From an uncultured cyanobacterium (GTDB taxonomy: Bacteria > Cyanobacteriota > Cyanobacteriia > Leptolyngbyales > Leptolyngbyaceae), in the NCBI GenBank assembly GCA_963766075.1, contig CAVYAN010000012.1, forward strand, positions 37,507 through 101,506: 64,000 nt of DNA, in the 5' to 3' direction. Position 1 is the first letter of the stretch; each line of letters begins with the position of its first letter. Below the pieces are notes generated by a model. That model searched no databases. It saw only the letters and a program-made list of their open reading frames with translations, and was not told the DNA's origin. A program made the position numbers and the translations under genes. This document shows positions 33,101 to 42,740 of this stretch, piece by piece.

Positions 33101-33964
33101 GGTAGTGAGCCAATCCCGCACGGCCACATGCCCCTCAACGCCATTAATAAAGATGGGGACGGGCACCAGACCCGCTGTTTCAAAGGCGCGAATCAGTTGG
33201 GGAATGTAGGGCTGTTTGGTAATCACATGCTTGCGATAGAGCAAAATACCCACCACACTGCTCTGATCACCGCTTTGGGCCTGGGGATGCTGACGGTGGT
33301 ACCAGGCCAAGTAGGCTTGCGGGGATTCAAAATATCCGGTGTAGTCTGGGTGCAGCAGTCCGAGGTTGGGCGTTTCCAGGGGTGGGGCAATTTCGCCGAT
33401 CGCTAACCCAAGATACTTCTCCGCCAAGGTCCAAAACAGGGCCGCTACATTTTCACTGCCGCCCGCATTCCAGTAGCCGTAGATGATCAGCCAGTTGCGC
33501 AGATCCTGGACTTTGCCGACGGGAATATATTTCAGCAGTTTTGGCCCCGTTTTGAGAAAGCTGATGTAGCCCGCGAGTTTGTCTTCTTCTTTGCCGTTGC
33601 CAAATTTGCTGAGGATGAATTGCACAGGTTTGGGCATGCCCTTGGGTTTGTCGCCAATGGCAAACTTGCCCAATTGAGTCACACTCATCAGTTCTAGGGC
33701 CGATTCAAACACGAGGCGAATGGGAATAGCCTGTACTCGTTCTCGTAGCCACAGCACTTGATCGTAGTCAAAGAGCAAACTACCGAAGAAAACATCGGCT
33801 CCGTCGAGGGCGGCGGCGACGGTGGCAGGGGCAGTGGTGATGTCGCGATCGCAAAAGACCTGAATGTCCAAATCAGCACAGCGGGATTGAGCCAACTGCG
33901 CCGCCTGACGATACAGATTGGCGTTAAACGACTCGAAACCCGCAATCAAAACAATCCGCTGCAT
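30194..33964 (-). CDS. bchH: magnesium chelatase subunit H paralogue (BchH/CobN family)
   Basis: HFGMHGTVEWLPG, YAANNPSE, LPTGRNIHALDP, LLNPKW; the MQRIVLIAGFESFN start differs from canonical cyanobacterial ChlH. Confidence 0.88.
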   Translation of the reverse strand: MQRIVLIAGFESFNANLYRQAAQLAQSRCADLDIQVFCDRDITTAPATVAAALDGADVFFGSLLFDYDQVLWLRERVQAIPIRLVFESALELMSVTQLGKFAIGDKPKGMPKPVQFILSKFGNGKEEDKLAGYISFLKTGPKLLKYIPVGKVQDLRNWLIIYGYWNAGGSENVAALFWTLAEKYLGLAIGEIAPPLETPNLGLLHPDYTGYFESPQAYLAWYHRQHPQAQSGDQSSVVGILLYRKHVITKQPYIPQLIRAFETAGLVPVPIFINGVEGHVAVRDWLTTAYEQAQRQQGIRDTLSLSAQAVAVDAIVSTIGFPLVGGPAGSMEAGRQIAVAQRILVAKNVPYLVAAPLLIQDIHSWTRQGISGLQSVVLYALPELDGAIDTIPLGGLVGEDIYLVPDRVQRLTNRLKNWIALRQKAPRDRKIAIILYGFPPGYGSTGTAALLNVPKSLLNLLHALQVQGYDVGDIPADGEALIQQVKAADETIFQNEATAGPTNREPVNRVSVDQLAKWLGYLLTTRIKKNWKSLTATGIKTIGDDLILGGVSLGNVWIGVQPPLGIDGDPMRLMFERDLTPHPQYAAFYQWLQKDFQADAIVHFGMHGTVEWLPGSPLGNTGYSWSDILLGDLPNLYVYAANNPSESILAKRRGYGVLISHNVPPYGRAGLYKELIGLRELIAEYREDPEKNYSLKSAIAHKIITTGLDADCPFRAAKTLGIAFTPENLPLFSAHAFEDYLVTLYDYLHVLENRLFSAGLHTLGEAPDAEDVAGYLEAYFGEALPAAVIGAIAQNQSRAQILEQYSLNGSLNGQTPQLEEALQIRDLLAQNTDELTNLLRGLNGEYIPPAPGGDLLRDGPAVLPTGRNIHALDPYRMPSPAAYLRGCAIAQQILAQHLAEQGTYPETVAVMLWGLDAIKTKGESLGILLELVGAEPIKEGTGRIVRYGLQSLTDLGRPRIDVLANLSGIFRDSFGNILELLDDLFQRAAAADEPEEQNFIRKHAIALKAQGIDNATARLFSNPAGDFGSLVNDQVVSSSWESGEELATTWQGRNAFSYGRQDKGQARPEVLQSLLKTTGRIVQEIDSVEYGLTDIQEYYANTGGLKRAAEQQQGQKVTASFVESFSKDTTPRNLEDLLRLEYRAKLLNPKWATAMADQGSGGAYEISQRMTALIGWGGTADFQDAWVYDQAADTYALDAAMAAKLRESNPEAFRNIVGRMLEAQGRGFWQPDADKLAQLRNLYDLADEQLEGVLSP

Positions 33965-34052
33965 ACGTGCCCTGATCCAATGATTGGCTAAAAATGCTCT
34001 GTAAATACTCTGTAACTACTCCGCGATCGCCTCGCTGTGGTTGCCGAGGTTG

Positions 34053-34132
34053 ACTCACCCCGCCCTGCGGGCACCCCTCCTGGGAGGGGATATTTTCGAG
34101 CATTTCCCTCCTGGGAGGGGTTAGGGGTGGGT
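34053..34132. repeat. REP-like paired palindromes (CCCCTCCTGGGAGGGG)
   Basis: Two CCCTCCTGGGAGGGG units bracketed by the inverted ends ACTCACCCC / GGGGTGGGT. Confidence 0.7.
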
Positions 34133-34461
34133 GCAACGGATGGCACAAGCTGAGTAGTTATAATAATCTGCTAAAAAACTCGGTTTTTTTGATCTTAACG
34201 AAGTTCCTCGGATAAACCGGATCAAGCAGACTCTGGAATTTGCGGGGCAATGCTGCTGGGTCGCTAGGTCGGACAGAGCAATCGGATCAATCGGACGGAT
34301 CAAAAAAACCAGGCAGATCACACCCGAGAACCCTTGCATTCTTTGGCCTTTGTGAATAACCTTTAAGTTAATCTAAGTTAATCTAGGATTAACGAATTGT
34401 TAGGAACACAGATACCGCCATCGCCTGTCATTCTGCATCCTCACCCCCTCCCCTGTTGCCC

Positions 34462-34896
34462 ATGAATGCCGCTGAGCAAGCCAACAGTTTGGCAGTCACG
34501 AGTAAAATCGCCGCCTTAGTAAATCTGTTCAAAGCCGAGCTGCCCAATATCCGCTCGGACCTAAAGCCCTGGGCTAACGATCCTGATACTCGCGAACTCG
34601 TCGATCCCGACTCGATTGACGTCGGTTTTCATTTTCCCGGTTGGTCCCGCCCCTGGCAAAGCCGCAGCATCCTCATCCAGGTGCGGCTCCATACCGATGA
34701 TGCCAGCGGCGAACGACGGGCGATCGGCATCGAAGCCGCTGGATTTGACCACCGTGGCAAGCAATGGACCCTCTCCACCGTAGAAACCTGGACCGCCGCT
34801 GGCTCCAACTGTCCTACCCCTGAAAAGCAGGACCAATTGCGCGCCGTGCTCAAGGAGGCTCTGCTGCTGTTTAGCTCTGCTAGTGAAACTCCGTGA
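34462..34896 (+). CDS. conserved cyanobacterial hypothetical protein
   Basis: MNAAEQA...DLKPWANDPDTRELVDPDSIDVGFHFPG. Confidence 0.75.
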   Translation: MNAAEQANSLAVTSKIAALVNLFKAELPNIRSDLKPWANDPDTRELVDPDSIDVGFHFPGWSRPWQSRSILIQVRLHTDDASGERRAIGIEAAGFDHRGKQWTLSTVETWTAAGSNCPTPEKQDQLRAVLKEALLLFSSASETP

Positions 34897-34962
34897 GGCA
34901 AAATCGGCTGGCGATCGCCCCTAGGGCACCGCTACCCAGTTCACTGGCCTCAGCCCCCTGCC

Positions 34963-35139
34963 TCAGTTCAAGCTGGGAAACGTCTGCTTGAACTCGTCCA
35001 GCAGGTCATCCATTTCCTCAATCGCCTGATTCACATCCACACGCAGCGTCCCCAAATCTGGCTGCTCCAACAAGCGCACCAGCGCCTCGCGTTTCTCCTT
35101 AATCACAGAAACTTTTTCCTTAATCAGGTCAGGATTCAT
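34963..35139 (-). CDS. small conserved cyanobacterial hypothetical protein
   Basis: LLEQPDLGTLRVDVNQAIEEMDDLLDEF. Confidence 0.7.
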   Translation of the reverse strand: MNPDLIKEKVSVIKEKREALVRLLEQPDLGTLRVDVNQAIEEMDDLLDEFKQTFPSLN

Positions 35140-35283
35140 CCCACAGCTCTCCATCCGAACAAAACGCATGCTTCTTCAACAGGATAGTCCATCTCCCCCC
35201 GAACTTGATCCCACAAGCCGACCGAATCCAGGGATAATAGACACCTAAACAAATCATTACATTCTCTAGAATCCCCTGCGCCT

Positions 35284-35859
35284 ATGTTCGGTAAAATTCC
35301 CTTAGCCACCTTGGGTTTGGTCGTGGGTGGCATTCTCACCCTGGGTGGCTTTGTCGCCTACTTCAGCAATAATGCCACCCTGAACCTGGTGGGCTTTTTC
35401 TATGGCTTTCCGTTGCTGCTGGGCGGGCTAGCGCTGCGGGCTTCGGAATTGAAGCCTGTTCCCTTGGACACCACAGAACAGCTCGTCGCGCTGCGATCGC
35501 AACAAGCCACCGTCACCCAAAACAAAATCCGCAAAGACATTACGCGCTATGAATACGGCAAAAATGTCCACATGGAAGAAGCCCTTAATTTTCTGGGCCT
35601 TAACCCCACCGACGAAGAACGTCCCACCATCGTCGGATTGCGAGAACTGGCTACCGACGGTGCCTACACCCTCGTCATGGAATTTGATGCGCCCTTGATG
35701 CCCCTCGCCACCTGGGAAGCCAAGCATGAAAAAATGACGCGCTACTTTGGCCCTGGGGTCACAGTAGTGATTAACCAACCCCTGCCCGAACGTATCGACG
35801 TCGCGCTGATTACCGATCCTGTGGCGGATGCTGTGGCCGAATCGGCGATCGCGGGCTGA
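35284..35859 (+). CDS. DUF2854 family membrane protein
   Basis: LNLVGFFYGFPLLLGGLALRASELKP, KDITRYEYG, RYFGPG. Confidence 0.85.
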   Translation: MFGKIPLATLGLVVGGILTLGGFVAYFSNNATLNLVGFFYGFPLLLGGLALRASELKPVPLDTTEQLVALRSQQATVTQNKIRKDITRYEYGKNVHMEEALNFLGLNPTDEERPTIVGLRELATDGAYTLVMEFDAPLMPLATWEAKHEKMTRYFGPGVTVVINQPLPERIDVALITDPVADAVAESAIAG

Positions 35860-35975
35860 AGACAATTAGCTGAAATAATTAATCGTATCCCCTTCCCTGG
35901 ATTCAATCGCGATCGCTAAAACAATCGCTGAATAGTACAATTGATCCGTGTTTTGTCCCCTTGCTTTGAAATCCC

Positions 35976-37337
35976 TTGTCATCCCTTGATTTACCAGCCG
36001 AGACTTTGCCGGATTTGAGCCGTCCTGTGCTCAACCAGCTTCGAGAGTGCGATCGCGCGGCCCATGACTGGTATCGCTTTGTGCTCTCGTTTCCCCCTCA
36101 TCTCGTGCAAACTTACCTGGAACGGTTTGGGATCGGGCCGGAACAGCGGGTGCTCGATCCATTCTGTGGCACTGGCACGACAGTGGTGGATGCGAAAAAG
36201 CTGGGTATTCCCAGTGTGGGCGTAGAAGCAAATCCCATGGCCTGGTTCGCGGGTACGGTGAAGTTAGACTGGACGCCTCATCCGGAGGGTTTGGTAGAGG
36301 CGGCAGAGGCGATCGCCCAAGCGGCAACAGCAGCGATCGCCCGGGGGGCTGAGGTCTTGTCCACCCTGTCTCCAGAGCAGGAAAAGCTTCTATTGAAGAA
36401 TTCCATCAGCCCCTTGCCCTTGCACAAGACGCTGATCCTCACGCAAACCCTGGAGCGGTTCTGCAACCCCGACCCGTCCAGCCCAGATCCCAGCCCGCCC
36501 CGCCAGACCTATAGGAACCATCTGCGCCTTGCCTTGGCGACGGCGATCGTCACGGATATTAGCAACCTCCATTTTGGGCCGGAAGTTGGGGTTGGCAAGC
36601 CTAAGGCCGATGCTTCTGTTGTCGAGGCATGGCTCACGCGGGTGCGCGCCATGGCGGCAGATTTGCGCTATTTACAAACCCTGCCCAATGTACCCGCCCA
36701 GGTAATTCATGCCGATGCGCGCCACCTCTTGCAGGTGCTGGAGCCCCAGTCCATTGATGCTGTGATTACCTCGCCGCCCTATCCCAATGAAAAAGACTAT
36801 ACCCGCACCACTCGCCTAGAGTCGGTGCTGCTGGGTTTCCTCAACACGAAGGCCGACCTGCGATCGCTGAAACAAAACCTCGTCCGTTCTAACAGCCGCA
36901 ACGTCTACACCGCCGACACCGATGACCAATGGATATCCCAGCATCCAGCAATCCAGCGCATTGCCGCCGATATTGAAGCCCGCCGCATTGCCCTCGGCAA
37001 AACCAGCGGCTTTGAGCGGTTGTACCCTCGGGCGGTAAAGCTCTATTTTGGCGGCATGGCTAAGCACCTCGCCGATCTGCGCACGGTTCTGCGCCCCGGT
37101 GCACAGTTAGCTTACGTCGTGGGCGATCAAAAGTCCTACCTACAAGTGATGATCGCCACAGGAACCCTATTGGCGGAAATTGCCGCCGGGTTGGGCTATG
37201 AGGTGATCGCCATTGATTTGTTCCGCACGCGGCTGGCTACCGCTACCCGCGAACAAATGCGGGAAGAAGTTGTGCTGTTGCGGTGGCCCGGTCAAATGCC
37301 CCCAAAGCCCTACCCCTTTAGCCATGTACCGCTCTAG
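35976..37337 (+). CDS. amino (probably N4-cytosine) DNA methyltransferase
   Basis: Motif I DPFCGTGTT followed later by catalytic TSPPY. Confidence 0.88.
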   Translation: MSSLDLPAETLPDLSRPVLNQLRECDRAAHDWYRFVLSFPPHLVQTYLERFGIGPEQRVLDPFCGTGTTVVDAKKLGIPSVGVEANPMAWFAGTVKLDWTPHPEGLVEAAEAIAQAATAAIARGAEVLSTLSPEQEKLLLKNSISPLPLHKTLILTQTLERFCNPDPSSPDPSPPRQTYRNHLRLALATAIVTDISNLHFGPEVGVGKPKADASVVEAWLTRVRAMAADLRYLQTLPNVPAQVIHADARHLLQVLEPQSIDAVITSPPYPNEKDYTRTTRLESVLLGFLNTKADLRSLKQNLVRSNSRNVYTADTDDQWISQHPAIQRIAADIEARRIALGKTSGFERLYPRAVKLYFGGMAKHLADLRTVLRPGAQLAYVVGDQKSYLQVMIATGTLLAEIAAGLGYEVIAIDLFRTRLATATREQMREEVVLLRWPGQMPPKPYPFSHVPL

Positions 37338-37489
37338 TTTGATACACCCGCGTCTGCTGCAAAGTAATTCCCAGCATGGCTTCTACCTCCACTCGACTGA
37401 GTTGATCAAACCGATAGACCAGAATCGTCGTCAGCATCTCCATTATCGTCCGACTCGCCCGCTGATCGGGCAATTCCTGCTGCGATCGC
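37318..37489 (-). pseudogene. C-terminal remnant of an Rpn/DUF2887 recombination-promoting nuclease
   Basis: RSQQELPDQRASRTIMEMLTTILVYRFDQLSRVEVEAMLGITLQQTRVYQ resembles DUF2887 C-termini. Confidence 0.7.
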
Positions 37490-38416
37490 CCGCTGGGCCG
37501 ACAGCGTATTGCGCTCCCAAAAAACGCCCTGGGCATAGCCTTGAATCGTGAGATCGGCCTCGGCCTGTTCCAACCGCTTTTCTGCCAGCAAGCAATAGTC
37601 CAAACTTTGCTCAATGCCCAGAAACCGCCGCCCCAGCTTTTTCGCCACCACGGAGGTCGTGCCACTGCCTAAGAACGGATCCAGCACCCAATCGCCCGGA
37701 TTCGTACTGGCTAAAATCAGACGGGCCAAGAGCTTCTCACTTTTTTGGGTCGGGTGATCGGTATTTTCCGGCATCGACCAGAACGGAATCGTAATATCCG
37801 TCCAGAGATTTGACGGGTGCGTATCGCGAAAATTTCCCGCCGTTGTAGCCTGCCAATCCTTGGGACTGCCATCCGTCCGCCGATAGGGAGCCACTACCCG
37901 GCGGCGTAGCTTCACTGCGTCCACGTTAAAGGTGTACTCGTTGGACACCGTACAAAACCAAATGTCCTCACTGGCATTTTTCCAATTCGCTTTTGCTCCC
38001 CGCCCCTTTTCTCGCTCCCAGGTAATCCGGTTGCGCACCGTAAAGTAGGTCGAAGCCACCGTGAAGAGCGACACCGAAGAAAACCAGTCGCCGCAAATGT
38101 ACACCGATGCCGTGGGCTTCAAGAGCGGCATCAGGGTTTGAATCACCTGATCAAACCACTGGGTGTACTGTTCCACGGACTGGCGAGCAAAGCGCTGACC
38201 GCTGAAGGTTTTGTCCAGATTGTAGGGCGGGTCGAGAACCAGCAAATCGATGGTGCGATCGCCCAGGACCTTTACCCAGTCCCGAAAATCACCCCAAATC
38301 GTGCCCTGGGGCAGCGATCCGTAGGGCTGAGTTGGCAACTGCGTGATTAATTGTGGCGTTAGCCGCGCCACATCCGCTGCCGACAGTTCGACGGTCCGAT
38401 TCATGGGCGCTTTCAT
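37406..38416 (-). CDS. beta-class N6-adenine/N4-cytosine DNA methyltransferase
   Basis: LDPPYN, HPTQKSE, DPFLGSGTT in beta order; start at MKAPMNRT. Confidence 0.9.
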   Translation of the reverse strand: MKAPMNRTVELSAADVARLTPQLITQLPTQPYGSLPQGTIWGDFRDWVKVLGDRTIDLLVLDPPYNLDKTFSGQRFARQSVEQYTQWFDQVIQTLMPLLKPTASVYICGDWFSSVSLFTVASTYFTVRNRITWEREKGRGAKANWKNASEDIWFCTVSNEYTFNVDAVKLRRRVVAPYRRTDGSPKDWQATTAGNFRDTHPSNLWTDITIPFWSMPENTDHPTQKSEKLLARLILASTNPGDWVLDPFLGSGTTSVVAKKLGRRFLGIEQSLDYCLLAEKRLEQAEADLTIQGYAQGVFWERNTLSAQRAIAAGIARSAGESDDNGDADDDSGLSV

Positions 38417-38520
38417 GCCAACCCTAGGAAAATGATATTCCGCCCCATTATTGCCTAAGCTAGAAGAATCCGGACACTGAACCCACCGGATACTATCCCG
38501 ATGCACTGACGTCCCTGCTT

Positions 38521-39162
38521 ATGTCTCTCTCCATTGCTGATCTACGGCTAAATTACAGCCTGAAAGAATTAAATGAGTCTGCGGTCAATCCCGATGCGAT
38601 CGCCCAGTTCCAAGCGTGGTTTGCCGAAGCCCTCGCCGCCCAGTTGCCCGAACCCAATGCCATGACCCTGGCCACCGCTACAGCCGACGGTACGCCCTCA
38701 GCCCGCATTGTTCTGTTGAAGGGGTGCGATTGCCAAGGGTTTACGTTCTTCACCAACTACGAAAGCCGTAAAGGCCAAGAACTGGCCGCCAACCCCCAGG
38801 CCGTGCTCGTTTTTCTTTGGCAAGCCCTGGAACGACAAGTCCGCATCGAAGGCCGGGTCGAAAAAGTCACCCCAGAGGAAACCGAGGCGTATTTTCACGC
38901 CCGTCCCATCGCCAGCCAAATTGGGGCCTGGGCCTCCCACCAAAGTCAGGTCATTCCCAGCCGTGACGTTTTGCAGCAGCGCTATCAGGACCTAGAGGCC
39001 CGCTATGCCGGACAAGTTATCCCGCGGCCTGAGCACTGGGGCGGCTACCGTGTGATCCCCCACCACATCGAGTTTTGGCAAGGGCGACCCAGTCGCCTGC
39101 ACGATCGCCTGCGCTATCGTCTGGACAATGACCAGTGGGTGATTGAACGATTATCCCCCTAG
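38521..39162 (+). CDS. pdxH: pyridoxamine 5'-phosphate oxidase
   Basis: [40 protein letters not shown]. Confidence 0.97.
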   Translation: MSLSIADLRLNYSLKELNESAVNPDAIAQFQAWFAEALAAQLPEPNAMTLATATADGTPSARIVLLKGCDCQGFTFFTNYESRKGQELAANPQAVLVFLWQALERQVRIEGRVEKVTPEETEAYFHARPIASQIGAWASHQSQVIPSRDVLQQRYQDLEARYAGQVIPRPEHWGGYRVIPHHIEFWQGRPSRLHDRLRYRLDNDQWVIERLSP

Positions 39163-39196
39163 AATTTGGCTGCCCTGGGGATCGCGATCGCCCCCA

Positions 39197-39247
39197 AAAA
39201 GCAAAGCGGGAATTTTGGATTGGCTCCAAAATTCCCGCTTTGCTTTT
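39197..39247. terminator. bidirectional terminator between pdxH and nrdJ
   Basis: 23-bp perfect inverted repeat AAAAGCAAAGCGGGAATTTTGGA with a 5-nt loop. Confidence 0.8.
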
Positions 39248-39283
39248 AAAGTTCCCGCTTCGCTTTTTCAGCGATAGGTATCC

Positions 39284-41623
39284 TTAGCCCTTTTTCTTCT
39301 CCGGCATCATGCACTTATCGCTATCACAACCCGCTGGCCCCTCAGTCAGGCTAAAGCCCCGGTCATACTGGCTCAGTGCCCCATAGAAGTCCGGATTGCG
39401 CTGCCGCACCAGCACCTCTGCTTGAAGGCGATCGTAGGTTTCCTTGTCGATCTTCTCAAACGGCAACCGAGGGAAAGGCGCGTCGAATCGCGCCAGCAAT
39501 GCAGCACTGATGTAGCCTTCGTTATGGGCGATCGCCTGATGAATCCGCCGCCCCAGGGGTTCAATCTCTGCTTCCGTCAGTTCCAGAGTGGCACTGGTGT
39601 TATGGGCCGTGTAGAACTTTTGGACCTGCATATAAAAATCGAACTGGGCCAGCGCGGAAAACTTCTCGATCGCCACCGCATCGGCACCGGGAATATCCGC
39701 CCAGGACACCGCCACTGGAATTTCCACCAACCACTCGGTACAGCGGGAATCAAAGGGATCATTGAGCAAGTTGCCCGCTTCATCCTTATCGGACTGGGAA
39801 GGCACCACGCTGTACCCATAGTCCAGACAGGCCATCGCCACGGGATCGCCCTTCCGGAAGGTGATCCGCCGGATGAACCGTTGGGCCTTGGGCGGATGCC
39901 AGCCCGGACTAGCCCCCGTCAGCAACGACTTCGTCCCCGCAGGCTGAATCGTGGTGCAGCGATTGGGGGTCTTAAGACCGTGGCGATCGCAATAGTCTCC
40001 CACCGTATCTTGCACGATTTGCCGCCAGCGCTGGAGATAGGATTTTTCCTGCTCCTTAAACTGTAAACCCGTTACCGTATCAGGACGCCCTGCCTCCCAC
40101 CAGCGCAGCCATTCTGCCCCGAAGGCATGGACAAAGAAATCAAACAATCCCGTAAACGACACCCCCACAATGGGATCCAGTGCGCGGGACTTTTGATAGC
40201 GGGGCTCGGTGAATTGGTGGTTGAGTAATGCCGCCACCGACAACGCCCCCGCTTTAAAGGCATCTGCCTGCCCGTCATAGTCCAAGGGATCAATTTGATT
40301 GAGATGGACCTCGGCCAAATTGCAGTGGAAGTCGGCTCCAATAATTTCACCGCAGGGGTTTAAGCCATAGCGGCCTAGGCGATGGGCCATTTCATCCGCA
40401 GGCATCGTGGGATAGTGGGTTGCCAGCCAGGTCTTGCCCTGGTCCTGGGTGAGGGCTTGCAAAAAGTCTGCCCGCAGTTCTGGGTTCGGAAGAATGTCGT
40501 TGTTGGCGCGGGCGATCGCCTCCGGTGCATACTGAATCGCGCCTTCACCGGAATAAAACTGTTTTCGCACGGCATCAATGCATTCTTGCTCCGTGGGTGG
40601 GTGGTGGTAGACCCGCGTGTGGTTGGCCATCCGCAGGGAGTCCCGTTCGGGATCAATCCGCCAGTTGCCCGCATCGTCTTGCTGCCACAGGTTTTCCTTG
40701 GCGCTGGCAAAGGCGGTGTCTGCACTACTGCCCTGACGCATCCCGGCACTGCGTCGAATGTTTCCGGCCACCACCGTGGCAGCGGCTTCATCAATCAGCA
40801 AACAGGCTTCCACCGGGGTCAGTTGTCGCCCGATCGCCCGATTTAAGATTTGGGCACAGCGGGCATAGAGCATGGGCAGTTTCACCGGATTAGCGACGCC
40901 CCCAAACCCCTTGAGGATCTCGCCCTCGGCCCGGACATCGGCCAGATTGACGGTGACATGCACGTCGCCCCCGAAGCGATCGTCCGTGGACAGTTCTAGC
41001 AGGGCTTGATAGGACTGGACCCAGCCTTGCCGACTATCCCCGACGCTAATCAATACAGCATTGCCGCCTACGGTCACCTGGGTAAATTCCTGGCGCTGAT
41101 CGGGGGGAGTCGCGCCCACAGAGCCTTCCAGCTTGACATGCAAACGGTTGCGAATGGGGGGCAATTGGTCAACGTACTGGGGTTCCAAAATTGCTCCGGT
41201 ACCGCAGCCCATCATGGCCAGGTCCATCATCAAGCCAAAGGCTCGCCAGTCAATCACATTGGTGCTGGTGCAGTTATAGGAGCCCGAGAAATTTTCTGGG
41301 CGCTCAATCCAGTCGGTGCCACCCACCCACATCCAGCGTCCGGAGGGCAGGCTTTTGAGTTCTCTTTGCATCCGCTCTAACAACGCCACTTCATCCGAGG
41401 TCAGACGGCCCAGTTTGGCCAATCCCCGAGTGGTGCGCTGGATGAGATCATCCAAGGATTCCCGGCGATCGCCAATCCGACGACTGTAGGTCCGGAAAAA
41501 CACCGGATAGGCGGTTGGCGCGGTGGTGGGAAAAGGGTTCGCGACCGTGCTGGAATCCTGGGAGGCTGCGGACTCAGACTGGACACGATTTCGGAAACGA
41601 ATCTGTTCTAGCTCTTGGACCAT
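39284..41623 (-). CDS. nrdJ: adenosylcobalamin-dependent (class II) ribonucleoside-triphosphate reductase
   Basis: PVFFRTYSR, YNCT, AGNIRRSA, GLNPCGEI, TTIQPAGTKS, C-terminal CDSDKC. Confidence 0.96.
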   Translation of the reverse strand: MVQELEQIRFRNRVQSESAASQDSSTVANPFPTTAPTAYPVFFRTYSRRIGDRRESLDDLIQRTTRGLAKLGRLTSDEVALLERMQRELKSLPSGRWMWVGGTDWIERPENFSGSYNCTSTNVIDWRAFGLMMDLAMMGCGTGAILEPQYVDQLPPIRNRLHVKLEGSVGATPPDQRQEFTQVTVGGNAVLISVGDSRQGWVQSYQALLELSTDDRFGGDVHVTVNLADVRAEGEILKGFGGVANPVKLPMLYARCAQILNRAIGRQLTPVEACLLIDEAAATVVAGNIRRSAGMRQGSSADTAFASAKENLWQQDDAGNWRIDPERDSLRMANHTRVYHHPPTEQECIDAVRKQFYSGEGAIQYAPEAIARANNDILPNPELRADFLQALTQDQGKTWLATHYPTMPADEMAHRLGRYGLNPCGEIIGADFHCNLAEVHLNQIDPLDYDGQADAFKAGALSVAALLNHQFTEPRYQKSRALDPIVGVSFTGLFDFFVHAFGAEWLRWWEAGRPDTVTGLQFKEQEKSYLQRWRQIVQDTVGDYCDRHGLKTPNRCTTIQPAGTKSLLTGASPGWHPPKAQRFIRRITFRKGDPVAMACLDYGYSVVPSQSDKDEAGNLLNDPFDSRCTEWLVEIPVAVSWADIPGADAVAIEKFSALAQFDFYMQVQKFYTAHNTSATLELTEAEIEPLGRRIHQAIAHNEGYISAALLARFDAPFPRLPFEKIDKETYDRLQAEVLVRQRNPDFYGALSQYDRGFSLTEGPAGCDSDKCMMPEKKKG

Positions 41624-41635
41624 AGGACGGTGGGA

Positions 41636-41651
41636 TACCTAGATGTGGGAT
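41636..41651. promoter_or_regulatory. possible NrdR box
   Basis: CCACATCTAG on the minus strand, just upstream of the nrdJ start, resembles the NrdR core CwAtATaTwG. Confidence 0.3.
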
Positions 41652-41821
41652 ATAGAGATCAGAGTCTACACCATGGCTAGAGTTTTAGCATGGGATCTAT
41701 TCAGGATTTATCACGATCGATCAAAGCACCATCACAAAGGCATAATACTATATTAGTAATATATTAGTACTATTATTTTGTTTGTAGGGAGACCTCTTTG
41801 GACCCGTTAAGGCTCGCGATG

Positions 41822-41847
41822 GCTTCCTTCGACTTCGCTCAGGAAGC
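41822..41847. repeat. REP-like CTTCGACT(T/C)CGCTCAGG element; inverted copy at 53290-53306
   Basis: 16/17 identity between the two copies. Confidence 0.6.
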
Positions 41848-41957
41848 AATTTTCCGCAGATTGGGTTGGTGCGCTAGGATTGGGCTGCACGACGTTGTTT
41901 GGGGCGATCAGCCTAAGAATGACACCTGAGATTTTTGCCCAAAACCTCTGAACCCCC

Positions 41958-42521
41958 GTGAAGACCTTTTATCCTGAGAATCGTGCCCAGTGGCGATCGT
42001 GGCTAGACCAAAATCACGCCCATGCACCTTGTATTTGGTTAATTTATTACAAGAAGGGTAGCGGTAAACCTTCCATTACCTACAGCGACGCTGTCGATGA
42101 AGCCCTGTGTTTCGGCTGGATAGACAGCAAAGTAAAATCCCTCGATCATGAAAAATATCAGCAATTTTTCTGCCCGAGGAAGCCAACGAGCGTTTGGTCG
42201 AGGGTGAATAAAGAGAAAGTGGCGCTCCTGATCACGCGGGGATTGATGGCACCCGCCGGACTCGCTGCCATTGAAACTGCAAAAATCAACGGCTCTTGGA
42301 ATACGCTAGATGCCGTTGAAGCGTTAATCATTCCAGAGGATTTATTGGCGGCATTGGCTCAAAATCAGATAGCAGAAGACTATTTCTTGAACTTGAGCCG
42401 TACCGATACCCGAAATCTTTTGCAGTGGCTGATCTTAGCGAAGAAGCAGGAAACCCGTCAAAAGCGGATTAGTGCTATTGTCAGTGCCGCCGCCCAGGGC
42501 CAAAAGCCAAAGCCGTTTTAG
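41958..42521 (+). CDS. YdeI/OmpD-associated family protein
   Basis: WRSWL, DAVDEALCFGWIDS, SVWSRVNK, IPEDL, AKKQETRQKRI. Confidence 0.9.
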   Translation: MKTFYPENRAQWRSWLDQNHAHAPCIWLIYYKKGSGKPSITYSDAVDEALCFGWIDSKVKSLDHEKYQQFFCPRKPTSVWSRVNKEKVALLITRGLMAPAGLAAIETAKINGSWNTLDAVEALIIPEDLLAALAQNQIAEDYFLNLSRTDTRNLLQWLILAKKQETRQKRISAIVSAAAQGQKPKPF

Positions 42522-42566
42522 CAGGCACTGGGTTCGCTCCACAGCACCCCTAATCTGCGCTTGCAG

Positions 42567-42678
42567 GAATTGTTCTTAGTCTGGGGTGAGGTGGATAGTC
42601 ATGGGATGAGGCGATCGCGATGGGGCCGAGTCTTTGCATTATAGCAAGGGCGATCGCGGCTCTTTGGGACCGCAGAAC
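42567..42678 (-). repeat. 112-bp direct repeat copy 1 (promoter + dead parD 5' end)
   Basis: Near-identical to 43905-44016; encodes MTIHLTPD*EQF. Confidence 0.9.
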
Positions 42679-42740
42679 CGAACCTAACTCTAAATCTCAG
42701 AGGTTTCAAGGAATGTTCAAGAGCCGTTTGAGGGCAATGA

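Noticed and set aside
24338..33406. Long antisense ORFs (24338..25246, 26261..27169, 32423..33406)
   Set aside because: They are shadow frames of well-supported opposite-strand genes and carry no motifs.
39284..41623. Intein or intron in nrdJ
   Set aside because: The ORF is continuous, of normal length, with uninterrupted NPCGEI and QPAGT motifs.
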